Shown here: piece after piece, positions 1-7,690 of the stretch | Position numbering within the stretch: the first letter of the stretch is position 1 | Layout: every line of letters starts with the position of its first letter | Source of the DNA: Candidatus Saccharimonadota bacterium | GTDB lineage: Bacteria; Patescibacteriota; Saccharimonadia; Saccharimonadales; UBA4665 | Direction: 5' to 3' | Assembly: GCA_016699955.1 (NCBI GenBank) | Contig: CP064993.1 | Span: forward strand, 1,140,001 to 1,172,000 | DNA length: 32,000 nucleotides | Notes under the pieces: generated by a model | Seen by the model: the letters and a program-made list of their open reading frames with translations, nothing else | Database searches by the model: none | Told to the model about the DNA's origin: nothing | Made by a program: the position numbers and the translations under genes

Positions 1-168
1 ACTCTCGACCCTTATAAATTGATCGAGTCCGTGAATCTCATTACCAATTTCTGTGCCAGGAGGTAGGCTCATAAGAACTAGCTGTGTGTAATGCGTGGTG
101 TGGATTACACGACGGTAATCTGAATTTTCGGTGGTTAGCTTTCCAATGTTTTTTACAAAGTATTTCAT
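1..168 (-). CDS. cupin-domain protein, N-terminal 56 codons only (gene runs off the left edge)
   Basis: ATG at 166-168 (minus). Frame is open to position 1: MKYFVKNIGKLTTENSDYRRVIHTTHYTQLVLMSLPPGTEIGNEIHGLDQFIRVES. The pattern QLVLMSL.PG.EIG.E.H..DQF resembles small cupin_2 proteins. TATACT lies 6 nt upstream of the ATG. Confidence 0.6.
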   Translation of the reverse strand, partial: MKYFVKNIGKLTTENSDYRRVIHTTHYTQLVLMSLPPGTEIGNEIHGLDQFIRVES

Positions 169-221
169 AAACTCAGTATACTCCGGCTGCGTTAATGCGT
201 CTGTGATTAATAAAACAAAAC

Positions 222-243
222 TGGCTGGGGATGAGGGATTCGA
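222..243 (-). repeat. orphan 22-nt copy of the 3' end of tRNA-Gln (att-like direct repeat)
   Basis: tggctggggatgagggattcga at 222-243 is identical to 2178-2199 inside the intact tRNA-Gln, in the same orientation. No acceptor 5' strand is present, so it is not a functional tRNA. Confidence 0.85.
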
Positions 244-555
244 CCTACTTTCAGCAGGCCTGTCGCAACTTCTTTGCAAAACTAGTTTGCAAGAGTTGAC
301 TCCCTTGCGAATTGCCACCGGCAATTCTCACCCCGATCCTTAAGGTCAGAAATTCGAGCCCATAATCTCTAATATGCAAAAAGCCGGGTCAAGAAGACCA
401 GTCTTTTTGCATGGCTGGGGGTAAGTCCGACGCTTTGAACCCTTTATTTTCAGATTTCGTGCTCAATTGTCAGAAACCAAAGAAATTGGGCTTCATCCAC
501 TTCAAGGGTAAAGTTACTGTTGCAGAACCTTAAGGGAATGAAGCAACCGGCTAGT

Positions 556-1596
556 TTACTCTATATCAAGAAGCACTCCGTACGAATCTTTGACGATTTG
601 TTTCATGAGACTTATGTCGTTCATCTCATAGAACGCGATACAAGCACGTCGGTAGCGTGTCGGCTCGATACTGCCAAGGGTGATCGGTGGATATTCGTTG
701 CTTTCAAGAATTGCGTTTGCGAGCACCCGTGCGGTTCTTTTATTGCCGTCGGCAAAAGGCTGCAGATAGGATATAAGCAGTAAAATTGCAAGTGCCTTAT
801 CGAGTGGTTGTTCCATGGAGTTGACGGCGCTGATTACCTTATCGAAGTTCTCGTCGATTTGCGCACTGTGAGTAAGGGGGATGTATTTTGATCCGCTAAT
901 ACGAACGGCTGCTGTACGCAAGCCATACGATACATCGAGATCTTGGACTAGTAGCTCATGGAGCCTGAGTATCAGCGGGCGTGATATTGTTTTGAAGCTT
1001 TCCCTGTTCCCAAGTATGAAGTCATAGGCTTTTTGATGGTTTACAATCATCACGGCTTCTTGGTGAGTTTTGCCAGCAGCTTCTACCCTGTCTAGCAATA
1101 ATGTTTCTGTCTCTAGCTCCGAGTATGTATTGCCTTCGATGGAGCTAGATTTCCAAGCAAACTCTATAAGCCATTTCTGGCGCCATCTTGCTAACAGGGT
1201 GCTGTCCAGAGATTCCAGAAAATGTTGATACTTTGTTACGATCATCCTTTCGGCATTACCAAAAACGCCCTCGCCGATGTATCGCGCAGTCATTTCTGGT
1301 GCGTCAAGCAGATAACGAACCGACTGCCTTGCATCGTCTCTTAAATACGCATCGATTGCATCTGCCGAACGTTCTATATGAAGCCGTCCTAGTGTTGTAA
1401 GAGAATGTTGGCGACTAGGGCCAGCACCTTCGCTGGCTACTAGGCCTGCTACCGTCAGAGCTTTAACATCTCGCTGGATCGTATCGTCAGATACAGCGAA
1501 GCCTATTTCTGTCATCATCTCTAATACTTTTGCCGTGCTCGCTGGCAGCATAAACAGAACATTCAGTAGGTCACTTTGTCGTTTCTGTAGTTTCAT
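556..1596 (-). CDS. Fic/Doc-family protein with N-terminal winged-helix DNA-binding region and a degenerate active-site motif
   Basis: The ORF runs 556..1626; I prefer the internal ATG at 1596 (MKLQKRQSDLL). Fic core motif position reads QPFADGNKRTAR (727-762) versus canonical HxFx(D/E)GN(G/K)RxxR. SSSIEGN matches the (S/T)xxxE(G/N) auto-inhibitory helix motif. Confidence 0.8.
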   Translation of the reverse strand: MKLQKRQSDLLNVLFMLPASTAKVLEMMTEIGFAVSDDTIQRDVKALTVAGLVASEGAGPSRQHSLTTLGRLHIERSADAIDAYLRDDARQSVRYLLDAPEMTARYIGEGVFGNAERMIVTKYQHFLESLDSTLLARWRQKWLIEFAWKSSSIEGNTYSELETETLLLDRVEAAGKTHQEAVMIVNHQKAYDFILGNRESFKTISRPLILRLHELLVQDLDVSYGLRTAAVRISGSKYIPLTHSAQIDENFDKVISAVNSMEQPLDKALAILLLISYLQPFADGNKRTARVLANAILESNEYPPITLGSIEPTRYRRACIAFYEMNDISLMKQIVKDSYGVLLDIE

Positions 1597-1854
1597 ACGT
1601 GCCCTAATTTTACCACAACACCGCAAAGGTGGCGTATTTTAGTCTCGAATACCCGCATATTGCGGTGATTACCTGGCGTTTTTACTGATACTCACCTTGC
1701 TCATATCAACATGTCGCGGAGTATACAGTGATGTGATTTTTTTCAAATTGCCTAAAACATACCATCTATACAGTGTGATTATATTGGCTGGGGCTAGTGG
1801 ATGTATTCCAGGAAAACCGACAATTCCACATCACGGGTGTGGTCTCACTAGAGA

Positions 1855-1863
1855 TGGTATAAT
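1855..1863 (+). promoter_or_regulatory. extended -10 promoter element TGgTATAAT for the 69-aa ORF
   Basis: TGgTATAAT at 1855-1863, followed by SD AAGGAG (1880-1885) and ATG 1896. Confidence 0.5.
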
Positions 1864-1895
1864 CAGCACATTATAGTAAGAAGGAGCATGGTCGT

Positions 1896-2105
1896 ATGAT
1901 TCTAACTGACAAAGTAGTCCAAACAGGATTAGATGATACCAACCAACATTTAGCCAGTGATCTTGCAGGGCATGAAAAAGAGGCTGAGGCTAAAGGTGAG
2001 ATTGAAAAAGCAATTCTTTTACTCAAATACGGCGACACAGTTGAAGCATACAAAGCAGTATACCGTGCAAGACATATGCTTGGTTTATTTGTTCCAGATA
2101 GATGA
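1896..2105 (+). CDS. hypothetical small protein (69 aa), islet cargo
   Basis: Strong SD AAGGAG 10 nt upstream of the ATG and an extended -10 upstream. No recognisable family. Helical, charged composition. Confidence 0.55.
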   Translation: MILTDKVVQTGLDDTNQHLASDLAGHEKEAEAKGEIEKAILLLKYGDTVEAYKAVYRARHMLGLFVPDR

Positions 2106-2177
2106 GCTAAACGCACTCCGCATATCGTAAAAAGTCACCCACAATTAACCAGAGTCCATCATTTATCGCAATAAACA

Positions 2178-2251
2178 TGGCTGGGGATGAGGGATTCGAA
2201 CCCCCGATCCTGGGACCAGAACCCAGTGCCTTACCGCTTGGCCAATCCCCA
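2178..2251 (-). tRNA. tRNA-Gln (anticodon CUG), CCA encoded
   Basis: Minus strand reads TGGGGAT TG GCC AAGCGGTAA GGC A CTGGG TTCTGGT CCCAG GATC GGGGG TTCGAAT CCCTC ATCCCCA G CCA. This gives a cloverleaf with a U1:A72 pair typical of bacterial tRNA-Gln. TATAAT sits at 2262-2267 (minus), just upstream. Confidence 0.85.
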
Positions 2252-2335
2252 ATATGTCATGATTATACTCGAAAATGTACGATTTCTACACCTTAGAGGA
2301 CGTTGCAAGTGCGGTGCCTTGTCATAATACGACCT

Positions 2336-2364
2336 GAAAAATAAACCAGCAACTGCTGGTTTAT
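2336..2364 (-). terminator. intrinsic terminator (perfect 10-bp stem ATAAACCAGC/GCTGGTTTAT, 4-nt loop) followed by TTTT on the minus strand
   Basis: Stem at 2341-2364. On the minus strand the hairpin is followed by TTTTCAGG. Confidence 0.65.
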
Positions 2365-2605
2365 TCATACCTCTCAAAACTTCACACTGTTTTCAACGGC
2401 TTGAGGCCTCTCGCAACGCACCTCAAAACACTAATAGTTATTATATCATACGTTTTTTCTGCACAAACAATTTAGGCAGTTTTGCCGTTGTGATTTATAT
2501 AACATACATATTTACCCCTGTTAATTTATAAAACAAAATCATTGCATAGTATGCTTTTTAGCCAACTGCGCATAAGTCACTTTACAACAAGTAAGCAAAG
2601 TGTTC

Positions 2606-2634
2606 TTGATCGTATATATTTATTGTGTTATTCT
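2606..2634 (+). promoter_or_regulatory. sigma70-like promoter TTGATC-17 nt-TGtTATTCT upstream of the leader ORF
   Basis: -35 TTGATC at 2606-2611, 17-nt spacer, extended -10 TGtTATTCT at 2626-2634. The ATG at 2642 lies 7 nt after the -10. Confidence 0.45.
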
Positions 2635-2641
2635 TTCGATC

Positions 2642-2719
2642 ATGAGCAAATGCGCAAACAATGCAGCATATTATTATTCCGACTCCCCCGAGGCGGTTTA
2701 TAGCTCGTTGCGCACATAA
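2642..2719 (+). CDS. candidate Tyr-rich leader peptide (25 aa) of an attenuator
   Basis: ATG 2642 to TAA 2717-2719 gives MSKCANNAAYYYSDSPEAVYSSLRT, with three consecutive TAT codons at 2669-2677. It overlaps alternative RNA pairings and sits upstream of a TyrA-like gene. There is no SD, and the geometry is leaderless. Confidence 0.55.
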   Translation: MSKCANNAAYYYSDSPEAVYSSLRT

Positions 2720-2739
2720 GAAACAACCAGAATAACCAC

Positions 2740-2768
2740 AACCGCCTCACGCAAGAGGCGGTTTTTAT
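2740..2768 (+). terminator. attenuator terminator: AACCGCCTC / GAGGCGGTT 9-bp stem, 6-nt loop, then TTTATAT
   Basis: 2740-2748 pairs with 2755-2763. A T-run follows, just upstream of the RBS and ATG (2791) of the TyrA-like gene. Confidence 0.7.
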
Positions 2769-2790
2769 ATGCAAAGGAAAAGGAAACCGT

Positions 2791-3594
2791 ATGGCAGAAC
2801 ATTTACCGCAAATAGAAACTGTAGGCGTTATCGGCTTAGGAGCAATGGGGCGCTTCATATGTCAAAAGATGCTAGGTGATTATCAAGAAGTTATCGGTTA
2901 CGACCCAAGCCAAGATGCTATTAAAGGACTAGGTGGTATTGTTAGACCAGCCAGCCTAGCAGAGTTAGCCGAGCAAAGTGATGCTCTTATCCTCGCCGTT
3001 CCTGTGGCTGCGCTTAGTGGCCTCATAAGACGTCTTAAGCCAGAATTAACAAAGAAAGCACAGAAGCCACTACTAGTTGAAATGTGCTCAGTCAAAGAAT
3101 ACCCGGAAAAACTGTTCAAAAAACATCTTGATGGCTACGAAGAACTGCTACATGTTCATCACCTTTTCGGACCACAGAGCGCTCAAAACTCTTTTGATGG
3201 CCATAAAATATTTGTTACTAGTCAAACAGGTCAGCTAGCTAGCCAGATGCTTGGTTCGTGGGGTCAACTTAAGCTCGATGTAGCTCCGCTATCGGCCGAA
3301 AAACACGACAAGTTGATGGTAGTAAAACAAGTTATCCCCTTCTTTGTTGGTCGTATGTTAAATAGAATCGGCTACACTGGCGATAATATATACGACGCAA
3401 GAACACCATCCAGTGATGGAATGCAGTACGTCGTAGACCTTGACGAGAAACAATCTGAGGAGCTCTATAGAAGTGTGCTAAAGTACAATCGATACGCTAA
3501 GCCGGCTATACGCCTCCTTATGGAAAAAGGGCTTGTTGAGCTGTCGGAGTTGGAAACGCTTTGGGGAGAATTAGAAGAGGAGCTTGCCGCTTAA
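2791..3594 (+). CDS. tyrA: prephenate/arogenate dehydrogenase family protein (TyrA-like)
   Basis: 267 aa. N-terminal Rossmann GVIGLGAMG. CSVK and HHLFGP correspond to the TyrA-family GSVK and HP(M/L)FGP motifs. Confidence 0.7.
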   Translation: MAEHLPQIETVGVIGLGAMGRFICQKMLGDYQEVIGYDPSQDAIKGLGGIVRPASLAELAEQSDALILAVPVAALSGLIRRLKPELTKKAQKPLLVEMCSVKEYPEKLFKKHLDGYEELLHVHHLFGPQSAQNSFDGHKIFVTSQTGQLASQMLGSWGQLKLDVAPLSAEKHDKLMVVKQVIPFFVGRMLNRIGYTGDNIYDARTPSSDGMQYVVDLDEKQSEELYRSVLKYNRYAKPAIRLLMEKGLVELSELETLWGELEEELAA

Positions 3595-4067
3595 ACTTGC
3601 GGGGCTTCGTGAAAGGGGACATCGGCCAGCGTTGAGCCAGCTGGCGGTACATCTGTTGGGCTTGGAGGTACCGGCTGAACTTCGGGGCGAAGGATACTGT
3701 TTACTATTTTGTCGACAGTGTCTTCCGTCATCATCGCCTTCACGCTGTAGCCGGAAATACCAAGGTCGCGTAAGTCTTTGGGTGCTTCCGTTTCATTGAG
3801 ATTCGATATGACATAGACGGGGATATTTTTACCCCATTCGCTGGCACGCATAGTTGCTAGCACCTGTCCGCCGGATATATCAGGGATCATAAGATCTAGT
3901 AAAACTAGGTCAGGCATTTCTTTCTGTATAAAATATAGGCCGGTTATGCCATTGTAGGCGACATAACAGGTGTAACCCAGCAGCTCGAGTCGAGTTTTGT
4001 ATATTTCAGCAAGCGCCGTGTTATCCTCGACAATGATAATATTCTTAGAGGCATATTGTTGATTCAT
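3591..4067 (-). CDS. stand-alone response-regulator receiver (CheY-like) with Pro-rich C-terminal tail
   Basis: IIIVEDN...PDLVLLDLMIPD...VYVISN...K is the receiver-domain pattern. The ORF extends to 4097, but the ATG at 4067 is preceded by TACAAT + 7 nt (leaderless geometry). The stop shares the TTAA at 3591-3594 with the tyrA stop. Confidence 0.8.
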   Translation of the reverse strand: MNQQYASKNIIIVEDNTALAEIYKTRLELLGYTCYVAYNGITGLYFIQKEMPDLVLLDLMIPDISGGQVLATMRASEWGKNIPVYVISNLNETEAPKDLRDLGISGYSVKAMMTEDTVDKIVNSILRPEVQPVPPSPTDVPPAGSTLADVPFHEAPQV

Positions 4068-4139
4068 AGGCTTGATTGTAGTACAGACGCTAGCCATTTG
4101 CTAATATAAAGTAAGTATCAGTTTTAGAGAGGAGAGAAA

Positions 4140-5192
4140 ATGTCAGAATCCGTCAGGACGTGGGGTTTAATTGGACAAGGAAACATTGGCCGTGAGCTCG
4201 AACGCCAGATTGGACAACCGCATGTGGCAAAAAGACTCGGCCTGCAACCGCGACCGGCAATGATTGTAGAAGCAAACGGCATAATGGACGCCGACGGCGT
4301 GCTCAACCCTTCCCTAGTGTTTGCAGACGCGGATTTACCAGATGTGCTTTTTTTGGCCATACCCTCTGGAGGTGATGGCAAACTAGCCCATGGCTACACA
4401 TCGACCATACTGCAAAAAGGCAAGCTTGCCGTGACTGCCGAAAAAGCAGCCCTCTCACATTTCTTCTCAGATCTCAAAATCGCCTCAGACAACTTCAGCC
4501 GATTTGGCATCACCGCAAGCGTGGGTGGCGGTACGCGTATGCTTCGACTCGCCGAACAGTACAACATAGACCAGGCAAATATTACCGAAATGCATGCCGT
4601 TCTCAACGGTACACTCACTGCCATAATGAGTGAGGTTGCGCCTGTAGCTGGCACGCCGTTGCCACTTGAGGAAGCCGTTTCTAACGCCGTCGCTGCAGGG
4701 TTCGCAGAACCGGGCGCCGACTCACCGCAAGCGGTGCTCCGCGGTGAGGCTGAGGGAGATATTCCAAAAAAAATGTCCATCATTTATAACTTCTTGAAAC
4801 TTGGCGAGAGTGTAATCAGCTCAGACGATCTTGCGTTTTCCCTTTCCGACGAAGATATCAACGCCGCTGTTTCCGCTACTGAGCCTCACCGCTTCATCGT
4901 TTCATTCTACCCAGTAGCGAACGCTCCGCAAAAAGTTGAGCGTTTCGGCGGTTTTGAAAAGGTCATCGATAGTTGGAAATTGGTCGCTGGTTTTCGCGCA
5001 CTCAGTGACAACCCGCTTTTTGCTAGTTTTGCACCACTCAGCGCAGCTGGAAACGGTCTGGTGATTGGTCTTGGCCCAAACCTCAGCGACGGTATATACA
5101 CAGTGACCGGTCCAGGCGCGGGAGTACAACCAACTGTAAATGCCATGATAGATGACTATGTTCGACTCAGCCGCGCTGGAGCCGACCAATGA
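4140..5192 (+). CDS. hom: homoserine dehydrogenase
   Basis: 350 aa. GLIGQGNIG NAD-binding site. SVGGG, LNGT and AEP..D..G motifs of the Hom catalytic domain. SD GAGAGGAGA upstream. ATGA overlap with the next gene. Confidence 0.8.
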   Translation: MSESVRTWGLIGQGNIGRELERQIGQPHVAKRLGLQPRPAMIVEANGIMDADGVLNPSLVFADADLPDVLFLAIPSGGDGKLAHGYTSTILQKGKLAVTAEKAALSHFFSDLKIASDNFSRFGITASVGGGTRMLRLAEQYNIDQANITEMHAVLNGTLTAIMSEVAPVAGTPLPLEEAVSNAVAAGFAEPGADSPQAVLRGEAEGDIPKKMSIIYNFLKLGESVISSDDLAFSLSDEDINAAVSATEPHRFIVSFYPVANAPQKVERFGGFEKVIDSWKLVAGFRALSDNPLFASFAPLSAAGNGLVIGLGPNLSDGIYTVTGPGAGVQPTVNAMIDDYVRLSRAGADQ

Positions 5193-6604
5193 TCGTGATG
5201 AAGTTTGGCGGTACTTCTGTGGGGAGTGCTGAACGTATTCGAGAAGTGGCAAAACTAGTCGCTCGGTACCGGGATCGCCATCCCGCCGTTGTTACTTCTG
5301 CAATGACACAAATCACGAATCAGCTTGAAGACATGGCTCGGCTCGCGGTAACAGGTAACCGCAAGCGCGTCATTGCAACAAAACTAGCTGCTCTCAAGGC
5401 CGCACACGATGAAGCTATCACCGGGCTGGAGCTTGAACCATCGGCCGAAGCAGATCTGCGAGAAATTATTAATTCAAAAATCGTCATACTCGGCAACATA
5501 CTAAAAAGCGTGACCGCCCTAGGGGAGCTCACGCCACGCGGACGCGACCTAATACTATCTTTTGGTGAGCGCCTGTCTATTCACTTGGTTGCAGCGGCGC
5601 TTAATAACCAAGGTGTCCCAGCGGTAGCCGTAAACGCGACCGATTTTTTGCTAACAGACGATAACTTCAATGATGCACAGCCTCAACTACTACCATCCAA
5701 AAAGAAAGCGCAGAAGCTGTTGTTGCCTCTTATTGAAGCCGGGACTGTCCCCGTCGTGACGGGTTTTATAGGCGCAACACGCGACGGTGTCACCACCACA
5801 CTTGGGCGGGGTGGTTCCGATTTTTCGGCAACCATCTTAGGCTACTGCTTAGACGCTGAGGAAGTCTGGATCTGGACTGATGTCGATGGCGTCATGACAA
5901 GCGACCCACGCACGGTGCCGGATGCTCGCTCCATAGAACGTATGTCCTACGAAGAAGCCTCCGAACTCTCCTACTTTGGAGCAAAAGTTATCCACCCACG
6001 CACCATGACCCCAACAGCCGAACTCGGCATACCCATTGTTATAAAAAATACCATGAACCCAAGCCACCCGGGCACGCAAATCACGCCAGCTGGCGACCAA
6101 GATACAACTGGCGCCAAAGCCGTTTCACTCATGAAGAACCTAGCCATGATTACCATACAGGGAAAAGGTATGCGTGGCGTCTATGGGACTGCTGCAAGGG
6201 TATTCGACACTCTTGCCGCTGCACGGGTAAACATACTGTTTATATCGCAGGCATCTTCAGAAAACAACATTACGCTCGTCGTTGAAAAATCGGCCGGTAA
6301 AGCTGCGACTCGCGCATTGCGCCAAACATTTGCCACCGAAGTTCGGGCTAAGCGGATAGATTTTGTAGAATACCAGACAGGCGTATCACTGATAGCAGTT
6401 GTTGGTACGGGCATGCGGCACCACATGGGTATGGCAGGACATATTTTTAGTGCACTAGGTCGTGGCGGCGTGAATGTCATTGCCATTGCTCAGGGGTCAT
6501 CCGAGCTAAACATAACCATGGTTGTACGTGATACAGACGACGCCGTAGCCTTGCAGTGTATTCACGATGAGCTGTACGGTAGCCAGAAAGGAGATCACTC
6601 ATGA
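5189..6604 (+). CDS. lysC: aspartate kinase
   Basis: 471 aa. MKFGGTSVGS N-terminus and a TLGRGGSD motif. The C-terminal half has two ACT-like repeats. Start could be ATG 5189 or ATG 5198. ATGA overlap with asd. Confidence 0.9.
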   Translation: MIVMKFGGTSVGSAERIREVAKLVARYRDRHPAVVTSAMTQITNQLEDMARLAVTGNRKRVIATKLAALKAAHDEAITGLELEPSAEADLREIINSKIVILGNILKSVTALGELTPRGRDLILSFGERLSIHLVAAALNNQGVPAVAVNATDFLLTDDNFNDAQPQLLPSKKKAQKLLLPLIEAGTVPVVTGFIGATRDGVTTTLGRGGSDFSATILGYCLDAEEVWIWTDVDGVMTSDPRTVPDARSIERMSYEEASELSYFGAKVIHPRTMTPTAELGIPIVIKNTMNPSHPGTQITPAGDQDTTGAKAVSLMKNLAMITIQGKGMRGVYGTAARVFDTLAAARVNILFISQASSENNITLVVEKSAGKAATRALRQTFATEVRAKRIDFVEYQTGVSLIAVVGTGMRHHMGMAGHIFSALGRGGVNVIAIAQGSSELNITMVVRDTDDAVALQCIHDELYGSQKGDHS

Positions 6605-7689
6605 ATACTTACCGAGCAGCCGTGCTCGGCGCAACCGGTATGGTGGGTCAACGGTTTATTTCCCTACTCGAAAATCACCCGTGGTTCCATGTGACGACCG
6701 TCGCAGCCTCACCACGTTCTGCCGGAAGGACCTACAGCGAAGCCGTCGGCAATCGTTGGGCTATGAGCACTTCTATCCCAACAGAGATTGCCGAGCTGGA
6801 AGTACTTGCAGTTGAAGCCGATATTTTACAAATTACCCAAGCCGTCGATGTCGTTTTTTGCGCACTCGACATGGAAAAAGAAGACATTCGGCGCATAGAG
6901 GTAGCCTACGCAGCAGCAGGAGTGGCGGTCATCTCAAACAACTCCGCCCACCGTTGGACGCATGACGTACCGATGATAATGCCAGAGGTCAATCCCGAGC
7001 ACGCTGCACTGATAGACGCTCAGCGGAAAAACCACGCCTGGTCAACCGGCTTCATTGCCGTTAAGCCAAACTGCTCCATTCAGTCCTATGTAACTGTCTT
7101 AACCGCGCTTAGCTCGTTCCAGCCAGTAGGAGTCGGTGTCACTAGCCTCCAGGCCATTTCCGGTGCTGGCAAGACCTTTGCAACGTGGCCAGATATGGTA
7201 GACAACGTCATTCCCTTCATTGGGGGCGAAGAAGAAAAGTCCGAGAAAGAACCAATGAAAATTTGGGGCTCGTTAACGAAGGATAAGATTGAGCTTGCCA
7301 CAAGCCCGGTGATTAATGCGACATGTATCCGTGTCCCAGTTAGCGATGGCCACATGGCATCAGTTCAAGTAGTTTTCGATGGTTCGCCTACGAAAGAAGA
7401 CATTGTCAAAGCCGTAACAAAGTTTCGCAGTCCCCTGACTGCGCTCGGCCTGCCTTCAGCGCCAAAACAGCTCATCCAGTACTTCGAGGATACTAGCCGA
7501 CCACAAACAAAACTCGACCGCGATTACGAAAACGGCATGGGCGTCAGTATGGGTCGCCTCCGCCAGATTAGCGAGCATGACTGGCAGTTTGTCGCCCTCG
7601 CACACAACACCGTTCGCGGTGCGGCCGGTGGTGCCATCCTCATGGCCGAACTCCTTGCCGCCAAGGGGTATATTGTCAATCGTACCTAG
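6601..7689 (+). CDS. asd: aspartate-semialdehyde dehydrogenase
   Basis: 362 aa. GATGMVGQ Rossmann motif, active-site Cys in KPNCSIQ, and SGAG and HNTVRGAAG motifs. Confidence 0.9.
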   Translation: MNTYRAAVLGATGMVGQRFISLLENHPWFHVTTVAASPRSAGRTYSEAVGNRWAMSTSIPTEIAELEVLAVEADILQITQAVDVVFCALDMEKEDIRRIEVAYAAAGVAVISNNSAHRWTHDVPMIMPEVNPEHAALIDAQRKNHAWSTGFIAVKPNCSIQSYVTVLTALSSFQPVGVGVTSLQAISGAGKTFATWPDMVDNVIPFIGGEEEKSEKEPMKIWGSLTKDKIELATSPVINATCIRVPVSDGHMASVQVVFDGSPTKEDIVKAVTKFRSPLTALGLPSAPKQLIQYFEDTSRPQTKLDRDYENGMGVSMGRLRQISEHDWQFVALAHNTVRGAAGGAILMAELLAAKGYIVNRT

Positions 7690-7690
7690 T

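Noticed and set aside
131-343. 70-aa plus-strand ORF
   Set aside because: It overlaps the start of the cupin gene, the tRNA-Gln 3' fragment and the hairpin-rich pseudo-tRNA region. It has no SD and an odd composition, so it is most likely spurious.
222-372. Second functional tRNA-Gln, or an intron-containing tRNA
   Set aside because: Only the 3' 22 nt and a 10-nt variable/T-stem piece match the tRNA. No 5' acceptor strand (TGGGGAT) is present, and the T-stem is split by 87 nt, far too short for a group I intron. I treat it as a pseudo-tRNA or att scar.
2642-2790. T-box or other known riboswitch as the leader upstream of the TyrA-like gene
   Set aside because: The leader is only ~150 nt. I could not find the T-box consensus (..GGGTGGTACCGCG..) or a specifier-loop architecture. 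The leader-peptide model fits better.
2640-2858. 72-aa minus-strand ORF
   Set aside because: It is antisense to the leader/terminator region and to the start of the TyrA-like gene. It has no SD and is better explained by the plus-strand features.
4394-6486. Multiple 60-130-aa minus-strand ORFs inside hom and lysC, with similar antisense ORFs inside asd, pgi, leuS, ddl and the ligase genes
   Set aside because: All are antisense to genes with clear family motifs, and none has a start signal. They are typical shadow ORFs.
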